This document shows positions 45,609-53,420 of a DNA stretch of 64,000 nucleotides, one piece after another. The DNA comes from an uncultured Verrucomicrobiae bacterium (GTDB lineage: Bacteria; Verrucomicrobiota; Verrucomicrobiia; Opitutales; Opitutaceae). Location: NCBI GenBank assembly GCA_963830965.1, contig CAWHOL010000021.1, positions 88,120-152,119 of the forward strand, written 5' to 3'. Numbering within the stretch: the stretch's first letter is position 1; each line of letters begins with the position of its first letter. The notes beneath the pieces are model-generated. The model ran no database searches. It had not been told where the DNA came from and saw only the letters and a program-made list of their open reading frames with translations. The position numbers and the translations under genes were made by a program.

Positions 45609-46438
45609 GATCCGATGCCGGCCAAGACGAGGACGAACGTGTTCAGGTTGAAGAGGGCGTGCGCGACGATGGTCGTGCCGATCCTCCCGGTGCGCTCGTA
45701 GGCCAGGCAGAAGACGATCGCGAGGACGAAGAGCGGCAGGAGGCTCGGAAGGCCCGCCATGTGGTCGCCCCATGAGACGTGCAGCGCGCCGAAGAGCGCC
45801 GACGTCAGCACGATCGAGAGCCAGCGCGGCGCCCGGGTCCTGAAGTACCGGAAGAGGCCCGCGCGGAACAGGATCTCCTCGCTGAACGGGACGATGACGG
45901 TGGCCACGGCCAGCAACGTTAGCTTGAGCGCCGCGGAATGCGAATTCTCAAGGATGCCGACCATCTCCTGCTGCTCGTCCGGGAATCCCGCCTTGCGCAG
46001 GAGGTACCCCCATCCGAGGTCCGTGGCGTACACGAGCGGAAGCGCGGCCAGGAACGTGACGAATCCGCTGACGAGCACGGGCGGCGGGGACGCCGACGGA
46101 TCCGTCAGGCGGGCCTTGGCCCCGTAAAGGAGGAAGAAGGCCGCGAGCCCGGCGAGGACGCCAACGTGCATGATCCCGCCGCCCGCGACGAGCGCGAGGT
46201 CGGGATCGAGGTGGACGGGCCTGAGGAGGTATCCCGCCGCCGAGCTCACGGTCGTGGCGCCGACGAACGCGCAGGCGATGAAGCACGCGAAATCGACCGG
46301 CGGGAGCGCCCACTCGCGCAGCCGGGAGGGGCGCGACGCGCGGCCCGGAGAGAACTTCCAGCAGAGCCAGGCTCCGCTGATCAGCTCGATGGCTAGGATG
46401 GCGAGCGCGGCGGGCGAGATTTCGTCCGCCTGGCTCAC
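45605..46438 (-). CDS. CPBP-family intramembrane glutamic endopeptidase (CAAX protease-like)
   Basis: Part of ORF 45605..46564. The GTG start at 46438 overlaps the pyrC stop (GTGA). It has the EEILFRAGLF, FGALH and AHALFN motifs. Confidence 0.82.
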   Translation of the reverse strand: MSQADEISPAALAILAIELISGAWLCWKFSPGRASRPSRLREWALPPVDFACFIACAFVGATTVSSAAGYLLRPVHLDPDLALVAGGGIMHVGVLAGLAAFFLLYGAKARLTDPSASPPPVLVSGFVTFLAALPLVYATDLGWGYLLRKAGFPDEQQEMVGILENSHSAALKLTLLAVATVIVPFSEEILFRAGLFRYFRTRAPRWLSIVLTSALFGALHVSWGDHMAGLPSLLPLFVLAIVFCLAYERTGRIGTTIVAHALFNLNTFVLVLAGIGS

Positions 46439-47721
46439 GATTCCGCAAACGGGAAGACAACCCGGCCGTCGACGAGGGTCGTCTTCACCCGGCCCCTGAG
46501 GGTGCGCCCGCTCCAGGGCGAATTGCTCGACTTGCTCTGTCCGGCCTTGGCGTCGTAGGTCCACTCCTCGTCCGGGTCGAAGAGGCAGATGTCGGCCGCG
46601 GCGCCGGGCAGGAGCGTGCCCGCGGGCAGCCCGAGGACCCCGGCCGGCCTGCGGGTCATCAGGTCTATCGCGAGGGAGAGCTTGAAGCGGCGTTCACGCA
46701 CGAGCACCTGGAGAACGACGGCGAGCGCCGTCTCGAGGCCGAGGATCCCGTTCGGGGCGTAGTCGAACTCCTTGTCCTTCTCGAAGTCCTTGTGCGGGGC
46801 GTGGTCGGTCGAGATGCAGTCGAGCGTCCCGTCCCTTAGCCCGGCGATGATCGCCCTGCGATCCGCCTCGGTCCTCAGCGGCGGGTTCATCTTGAAGTTC
46901 GGATCGTAGCCCGAGAGCGCCTCGTCCGTGAACGCTATGTGGTGGGGGGTCGCCTCGGCCGTGACCCGCACGCCGTCGGCCTTGGCCCTTCGGACGATGT
47001 CGACCGAGAGCGCGGAGGAGATGTGCTGCATGTGGATGTGGGCGCCGGTGTAGGCCGACAGGATCACGTTCCTCGAGACGATCACGTCCTCGGCCGCATT
47101 CGGCCAGCCCCGCAGGCCGAGCCGGATCGAGACGTTGCCCTCGTTCATGACCGCGCCGTCGGTCATCGACTGGTCCTGGCAGTGGTCGAGGACGGGAAGG
47201 TCGAACATCTTCGCGTACTCGATCGCGCGCCGCATGAGCTCGTTCGACTGGACGCAGTTTCCGTCGTCGGTGATGGCGACGACGCCGGCCCGCTTCAGGG
47301 AGCCGATGGGGGCGAGGGTGTCGCCCTTCATCCCCGAGGTGATGCAGCCGGTCGGCAAGACCTTGACGACCGCGTCGCGGCGGACGGCGTCGAGGATGTA
47401 CTGGATCGTGCCCGCGTTGTCCGCGCTGGGGCTCGTGTTCGGCATGCAGACGACCGTGGTGAAGCCGCCGGCGGCCGCCGCACGCGAGCCGGTCGCGATC
47501 GTCTCCTTGTGGGTCTGGCCGGGCTCGCGGAAATGAACATGGATGTCGACGAGACCCGGGGCCGCGACGAGGCCCCGCGCATCGATCTTGCGCGAGCGCC
47601 TGCGGTCCTTGGGCGAAAGCCGCGCCACCATCTTTCCGTCGAGGGCGAACAGGTCGCCGACCGCGTCGCGCTTGGCGGCGGGGTCCACGATGCGTGCGTT
47701 TTTTATCCAGAGTGCGGGCAT
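46435..47721 (-). CDS. pyrC: Dihydroorotase
   Basis: ORF 46435..47721. It has the DIHVHFREPG metal site, ...TAEATPHH..., and ...STDHAPH... Confidence 0.93.
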   Translation of the reverse strand: MPALWIKNARIVDPAAKRDAVGDLFALDGKMVARLSPKDRRRSRKIDARGLVAAPGLVDIHVHFREPGQTHKETIATGSRAAAAGGFTTVVCMPNTSPSADNAGTIQYILDAVRRDAVVKVLPTGCITSGMKGDTLAPIGSLKRAGVVAITDDGNCVQSNELMRRAIEYAKMFDLPVLDHCQDQSMTDGAVMNEGNVSIRLGLRGWPNAAEDVIVSRNVILSAYTGAHIHMQHISSALSVDIVRRAKADGVRVTAEATPHHIAFTDEALSGYDPNFKMNPPLRTEADRRAIIAGLRDGTLDCISTDHAPHKDFEKDKEFDYAPNGILGLETALAVVLQVLVRERRFKLSLAIDLMTRRPAGVLGLPAGTLLPGAAADICLFDPDEEWTYDAKAGQSKSSNSPWSGRTLRGRVKTTLVDGRVVFPFAES

Positions 47722-47729
47722 GGGTCGTG

Positions 47730-48677
47730 TTATTCCGTGGAGGAGATGACGTGCTCGGGCTGGTTGCCCGCGCAGAGGTAGAGGACGGCCATGCGGACGG
47801 CGATGCCGTTGGTCACCTGCTCAAGGATCACGCTGCGCTCGCCGTCGGCCAGCTCGCTGTCGATCTCGACTCCGCGGTTGATCGGGCCCGGGTGCATGAT
47901 GATCGCGTGGGGGTTCAGCCACGAGGCCCGGGTCTTGTTGAGGCCGAACATGCTGGTGTATTCGCCGAGCGAGGGGAAGTGCCTGTGGCCCTGGCGCTCG
48001 TGCTGGATGCGCAGGAGCATCACCACGTCCGCGTCGGCGAGCGCCGACTTGAGGTCGTGCGAGACCTGGGCCCCGAGCGTCGTGAACCCGTGCGGGACGA
48101 GGGTCGACGGGCCCACAAGCGTGACGGCGGCCCCCATCTTCGTCAGGGCGTAGATGTTCGAGCGGGCGACGCGGCTGAAGAGGATGTCGCCGAGGATCGC
48201 GACCTTGCGGCCCTTGAGGGAGCCGAGGTGCTCCTTCATCGTGAAGGTGTCGAGAAGGCCCTGCGTCGGGTGCTCGTGGGCCCCGTCCCCCGCGTTGATC
48301 ACCGGAATGTCCAGGATCTTGCTCAGGTAGAGGGGGGAGCCCGCGGCGGCGTGGCGGATCACGATCATGTCGGCGTTGAGCGCCTGGATGTTCTCGGCGG
48401 TGTCGCGGAGGGTTTCGCCCTTCTGCGTCGAGGAGCTGGCGGCGTCGAAGGCGATCACGTCCGCGCTCAGGCGCTTGGCCGCCATGTCGAACGCCATCCG
48501 CGTCCGGGTGCTCGGCTCGAGGAAGAGGTTGACGATCGTCTTGCCGCGCAGCGCAGGCACCTTCTTCACGCTGCGCTGGAGGATCTTCTTGAACGCCGAG
48601 GCGGTGGCGTGGATCTGCTCGATCTCGAGCAGGCTCAGCTCCTCGATCGTTATAAGGTGTCGGCGTGTCCAGGTCAT
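47730..48677 (-). CDS. pyrB: Aspartate carbamoyltransferase catalytic subunit
   Basis: ORF 47730..48677. It has the STRTR, HPTQ and HPGP motifs. Confidence 0.95.
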   Translation of the reverse strand: MTWTRRHLITIEELSLLEIEQIHATASAFKKILQRSVKKVPALRGKTIVNLFLEPSTRTRMAFDMAAKRLSADVIAFDAASSSTQKGETLRDTAENIQALNADMIVIRHAAAGSPLYLSKILDIPVINAGDGAHEHPTQGLLDTFTMKEHLGSLKGRKVAILGDILFSRVARSNIYALTKMGAAVTLVGPSTLVPHGFTTLGAQVSHDLKSALADADVVMLLRIQHERQGHRHFPSLGEYTSMFGLNKTRASWLNPHAIIMHPGPINRGVEIDSELADGERSVILEQVTNGIAVRMAVLYLCAGNQPEHVISSTE

Positions 48678-49225
48678 TGAATGGGGGAGGGGCGGCGCGC
48701 CCGGCCCGCGCGCGGGCGGATCTCGATCCTGTCGTGCGACGGGTTGTCGCTGAGCGAGACGACCACATCCTCGTCCTCGCCGGCATCGATCTTGGTCCCG
48801 GAGAAATCGGCCACGATCGGGAGCCGTCGGCTCCCCCGGTCGACAAGGACGGCGAGCTCGACGGTCCCGGGGCGGCCGTGGTCGAAAAGCTCGTCGAGGG
48901 CCGCCTTCGCCGTCCGGCCGGTGAAGAGCACGTCGTCGACGAGCAGCACCGCCGCCCCGTTTACGTCCCCGGGAAGGAGCGAGGGCGTGAATTCCTTGGG
49001 AATCGGGTGGTGGCCTATGTCGTCGCGGTGAAACGAGATATCCAGGTCGCCGATGCGCTTGGCGCCCAGCTTTGCCCCGAGCCTGCGGGCCAGCGCGATC
49101 CCCCCGTTCGCTATGCCGAGGACCAGGAGTTTTTTCGCCTGCCCGTGGCGGGCCTGAATGGCGGCTGCGAGCCGTTCTATCGCGGCGTGAACCTCCCTGG
49201 AGCCGATGGTCTTGGGTGAAGACAC
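48674..49225 (-). CDS. pyrR: Bifunctional pyrimidine operon regulator / uracil phosphoribosyltransferase PyrR
   Basis: Part of ORF 48674..49678, starting at GTG 49225. It has the PRPP-binding motif VLLVDDVLFTGRT. There is an ATGA overlap with pyrB. Confidence 0.88.
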   Translation of the reverse strand: MSSPKTIGSREVHAAIERLAAAIQARHGQAKKLLVLGIANGGIALARRLGAKLGAKRIGDLDISFHRDDIGHHPIPKEFTPSLLPGDVNGAAVLLVDDVLFTGRTAKAALDELFDHGRPGTVELAVLVDRGSRRLPIVADFSGTKIDAGEDEDVVVSLSDNPSHDRIEIRPRAGRARRPSPIQ

Positions 49226-49275
49226 TGCTTCACAAGTAGTGCACCCACGCGGAGTCCCGGTAAAGAGAAATAGGG

Positions 49276-51599
49276 CTACTCGCCGCGGCCGAGCCACGCA
49301 TCGAGGTCGTCGTCCTCGAGAATCTTCCGGCCCGTGCGGTATTCCGGAGCGAGGAGGCGCTCGTAGCCGGGCTCCGCAAAGCGCCTGCAATGGAGAAGCA
49401 CCCGGGCGCGCTGGCCCGGGGCGCGGACAAGCCGCCCGAGCGCCTGGTTCACCTTCTGCATGCCGGGGATCCGGTAAACCCGGTCGAATCCGACGTCGCG
49501 ACCCTCCCCGGCGAGGGCGTCGAGCCGGGCCCGCTGCACGGGGTTCACCTCGGGGAGCGCGGGGCCGACGACCATGGCGTGGGCCACGCGGCCGCCGAGC
49601 AGATCGATCCCCTCGGCGAAACCCGAGCCGAGGACGAGGAAGAGGGCCTGGCCCCGGTCGAGCGCCCCGGCGATCCATGCGGACTGGGCCGAGAGGTCGC
49701 TCCTCCTAGGCTGGAGGGCCGCCCCCCCACCTCGGCATGGACCGCCTCGGCGTAGGCGTAGCTCGGAAAGAAGACGGCGATCGGGGCCCCGGATCCCGCC
49801 GAGCGGTGCAGCCGCTCGACCGTGCGGGCGGTCGCCGAGAGGTGGCGCTGGCGGTGCTGGAACGTCGTGTCGACCCTCAGGTCGACGGCGACATCGTAGG
49901 CCCTGTCCCTCCACGGGGTGGGGGCCCGGATCACGGTGAGCGGTCCGAGTCCGCAGGCCTGCGCGAAGCGCTCCGCGGGCCCCGGCGTCGCCGTGGCTAG
50001 GACGACGCCCCCAAACTCGCGCAGCGCCGCCCCGATCGCGGGAGCCGCATCGAGGCAGGTGATCGAAAGAAGCCCGTCATGGGGGCTCCACCAGAGTCTT
50101 GGAAGCTCGGCTTCGCCGAGCCCGGCCGCCGCCGAAGGGATGCGCCAGATGAGGCCCGAGATGTGGGGCCCGAGCGCGGCGTAGTCGAGCGGATGGGAGG
50201 CCGCGGCCTCGGCCAGCCGGCCCAGCTGCTCGCGGGCGTCCTCGCGTTCGCCCTCGGAAAGCGAGGCCGTCTTCGTGCGCGACTCGAGGAAACGGGCCCA
50301 GCCGTCCCAGGGCCCGGTCCACTTTGCGTGGGCCCCGACCTGCCGGAGGGCCTCGCAGACGCTGCGCGCGTCGGCCGAGTCGAACGAATGCGAATGCGCG
50401 TCGGCGGCCCTGGAAGGCAGGTTGTGGGCCTCGTCGATGAGGACGAGGGTCCGCGCCGGGTCGAATCCCGGCCTTTCGTAGAAGAGCGCCCGGCTGTCGG
50501 GGGAGAAGACGTAGTTGTAGTCCCCGATCCAGACGTCGTTGAACGCGAGCGCGGCCCGCGTGATCTCATAGGGGCAGATGCGGGCTCCGATCCCCGCGCT
50601 CCGGAGCGCGGCAAGGTCGCACTTCTGGTCCTCGATCAGGTAGAAGCGCGAAAGGCCGCTCGAGGGCCAGCGCTTCTCGGCGCCGTCCAGGTAGGCGCAG
50701 GCCTCCCGCACGCACTGGAACACGGAGTTGACGCAGTGCTCGGACTTGTTGCGGACGTGCCACGCCGCGACCGGCGCGCCGCCTCCGAGGTCCGGTCCCG
50801 GCGCCGTCATCGCGCGAAGCGTCTCGGCCACCTGGAGCTGGCCCGTGGATTTTCCCGTCAGGTAAAGCACGCGCTCGAACGCACCCCCTCGGAGTTCGCC
50901 GAGCGCGCGCTCGAGGAGGACGCCGGTCTTTCCAAAGCCCGTCGGGGCCTCGAGGAGGATCGCGGACCGGCCCTGGCCGATGGCCTCCGCGAGCTCTCCC
51001 AGCGCCTCCGCCTGTCCGACGCGAGGCTCGGCGAACGCCGGACGGAACCTGAGGCGTCGCAGCCTCTCCCGGGCCCGCAGCCGCAGGTCGAGGAACTCGG
51101 TGACGCGGCCGAGGCTTTCATCGAGGAGCCGGTCGTCGTCCGCGCGGAGCGCGACGGGCTGCGCAAGCCCGGTGTCCGCCTCGACGAAAACGAGCTCGCA
51201 CGCCTCCCGCCGCCCGCGAAGCGCCGCGTAGGCCGCCAGCTGCACGAAATAGGCGGGATAGTCGGCCCGCAGCTCCGCCTCGTTTGCCGGGAGGGTCCGC
51301 GTCACGGTCTTGATCTCGCGAAGGACGGTCCGCCCTGCGGAGCGCACGACCTGGTCGATCCTGCCCGCAAGCGCCACGGTCCAGCCGCGGCGCGCGATCA
51401 GGCCCGACACCGCGACCTCGAAGTCCGCGTCGGCGTGGTCCGCGAGCGCCTGGGCCCGGAGCTCGCGGTGCCAGAGGGTGCCGAGCTGGGCACGCCAGAG
51501 CCCGCCCCCCGCGCCCGAGGACCCCTGCGGACCGATCGAGAAGTCGGACAGGTCGCCGACGCTCATTTCAATGCGGCGCTTGTCGAGGTCGTACCTCAC
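49276..51599 (-). CDS. PD-(D/E)XK nuclease / DinG-XPD (Rad3)-family Fe-S helicase fusion (frame break in a homopolymer near 49722-49728 as assembled)
   Basis: ORF 49545..51752 carries an N-terminal nuclease-like domain (GRIDQV...LREIKT...QLAAYA), Walker A (APTGFGKTG), a four-Cys cluster (HCVNSVFQCVREAC...ICPYE) and DEAH (LIDEAHNL). The helicase C-terminus (...LFLVLGSGFAEGIDL...RIPGMQKVNQALGRLVR...) is in the frame of ORF 49276..49914. The junction falls at a C7 run. A GTG start at 51599 overlaps the recO-like stop (GTGA). An alternative start is the ATG at 51565. Confidence 0.8.
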
Positions 51600-52213
51600 G
51601 GGATCACGATTTCCGTCCTCTCGCCAAGGTAGGATTCGAGGCTCTTCCTGACCCTTGACACCTCGTCGGCCGGCGCCGTCTGACCCGAAAGGGGAAGGTT
51701 CAGGAGTTCCCCCGCCACCCGGGCGCTCCGCGCCGAGAGCGAAGGGATCCATTCCTGCTTGACCGGGTATCCCTCGTCTCGGGCGAACACGTAGAGACTC
51801 TTTACGTAGACGATGTCGGGGCGCGCCGACGTGCCGAATGCGCCGAGCGCCGTGCGCAGGAGCTCCGCGACGTTTTCGCGGCTCTCCTCGTGCACGGGGT
51901 TGCGGCTGATGATGCTGACGAGGGCCGAGGCGAACCGGAGCGCATCGTAGCTTCTGCCGATCTGCGTCCGCCTCGTGTCGATCCGGACCTCCTTCATGAA
52001 CCAGGTGCGGCCCTGGTTCGAGCTCTCGAGCATCGCGGAGACCTCGTCGAAGAGGTCCGGCGCCACCTGGGTCGACGAGGCCTTCCTCGGGATGCGCTGG
52101 AGGGCCAGGAGGTTCCCATGCAGGGCGGAGAAGAGCCCGAAGGCCTGGAAGGCGTCGGTCGGGGGCCGCTTCTCGATGACGAACGCCTCAGTCGTGAGCG
52201 TCTGGCCTGGCAC
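51596..52213 (-). CDS. recO: RecO-like DNA repair protein (tentative)
   Basis: ORF 51596..52213. The N-terminus is OB-like (TEAFVIEKRPPTDAFQAFGLFS...) and the C-terminal helical region is RecO-like (...VYVKSLYVFARDEGYP...). It is the right size and sits next to a repair helicase. The call is by pattern only. Confidence 0.5.
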   Translation of the reverse strand: MPGQTLTTEAFVIEKRPPTDAFQAFGLFSALHGNLLALQRIPRKASSTQVAPDLFDEVSAMLESSNQGRTWFMKEVRIDTRRTQIGRSYDALRFASALVSIISRNPVHEESRENVAELLRTALGAFGTSARPDIVYVKSLYVFARDEGYPVKQEWIPSLSARSARVAGELLNLPLSGQTAPADEVSRVRKSLESYLGERTEIVIP

Positions 52214-52231
52214 CAGGGATCGTCGCGCGGG

Positions 52232-52912
52232 CTAGTTCGCCTCGCGGACCTTTTCGGGTTCTACTGCGGGCCAGGGGGGGGTCACGGCGCCCCCGGAGAT
52301 GATCATCTTCATCCCTTCGCCGACCGCCATGTCGAGCTCGATGACCTCGGCCCTCGGCATCATCAGCAGGAAGCCGCTCGTGGGGTTCGGGGTCGTCGGC
52401 ACGAAAATCGTCCAAATCTCCTTGCCCGCCTTCTCCTGCGCCTCGCCCTGGACCGTGTTGGTGAGGAATCCGATCGTCCAGGAGCCCTTTCGGGGGAACT
52501 CGACCAGCACGACCTTGTTGAACATGTGCCGGCTCTGGGAGCTGAACGTGTTCACGATCTGCCGGACCGTGTTGTACACGGCGTTGACGCCGGGGATCGT
52601 CTGGATGAAGCGATCGCCCATGCTGAAGAAGAACTTGCCGAAGACGTAGCGCGAGACGTAGCCGAGGAGGGTCACCAGGGCCATGACGATCAGGGTCGCC
52701 AGGATGGACCAAACGGCGTCGAGGCCGGGCCGGTCGCGAAGCCCGCCGGGAACGAACACGAGGAAGAGCGGCTTGAACGTCCCCCCGACGAAGTCGATGA
52801 TCTTGCTGAAGACCCAGACAGTCAGGCAGATCGGCGCGACGAGGATGACGCCTGAAAAGAACGCGTTTCGGATCGAAACGTAGCGCGAGATTGAGGGAGT
52901 GGCGTCGGCCAT
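52232..52912 (-). CDS. DUF502-domain membrane protein
   Basis: ORF 52232..52912. It has two N-terminal TM helices plus ...IPGVNAVYNTVRQI...VVLVEFPRKG.W.IGF...VPTTPNPTSGF..., matching DUF502. Confidence 0.8.
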   Translation of the reverse strand: MADATPSISRYVSIRNAFFSGVILVAPICLTVWVFSKIIDFVGGTFKPLFLVFVPGGLRDRPGLDAVWSILATLIVMALVTLLGYVSRYVFGKFFFSMGDRFIQTIPGVNAVYNTVRQIVNTFSSQSRHMFNKVVLVEFPRKGSWTIGFLTNTVQGEAQEKAGKEIWTIFVPTTPNPTSGFLLMMPRAEVIELDMAVGEGMKMIISGGAVTPPWPAVEPEKVREAN

Positions 52913-52945
52913 GGTCGGATGATTGGTCGTAGCGGCCGCGGGGCG

Positions 52946-53412
52946 ACTACGCCAGCTTGAACCGGGGAATGCACGCGCTCCGCTCGAGAAGCCTCATCGC
53001 GCGGGACTCGGCCCTGCGCATCGCGCGCCTCGCGGCGGGCGCCGTGTCATCGTAGCCGGCGAGATGGAGCCAGCCGTGGACGACATAGAGGGTCAGCTCC
53101 CTGGAATAGTCCCGCGCCGACCCTCCCGCATGGCGCAGCGGCGGCGTCGGCCGAGACGCAGATCTCGCCGGCCTGCCCGAGCGCGGGATCCCCGGCGAAC
53201 GTGATCACGTCGGTCGGGGACGCGTCGTCCAGGAATCGCCCGTGGAGGCGCGCAAGCGCCCCGTCCGTGAGAAACGCGACCGACAGGTCCCCGGGGGGGC
53301 AACCGCCCATGAAGCCCCCCGCGTTCCGGTCGAGGAGCCCGACGGCGGCCGCAATCGCCCTTCGGTCGGCCTTCAGGCGGGGATGCCGAATCGCTGCTTC
53401 AAGGAGGCGCAC
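52946..53412 (-). CDS. ybeY: rRNA maturation endoribonuclease YbeY (frame break near 53133-53145 as assembled)
   Basis: The N-terminal part is in ORF 53047..53412 (...DVITFAGDPALGQAGEICVSADAA...). The catalytic part (YSRELTLYVVHGWLHLAGYDD...RFKLA*) is read in another frame that ends at TAG 52946-52948. The span is 3n+2. Confidence 0.82.
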
Positions 53413-53420
53413 GGCGCCCT

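Noticed and set aside
49226-49275. PyrR-binding attenuator loop upstream of pyrR
   Set aside because: A string resembling the PyrR box (AGUCC...GAG) occurs only on the plus strand, which is the non-transcribed orientation for pyrR. The 50-nt spacer is also too short for a terminator/antiterminator pair.
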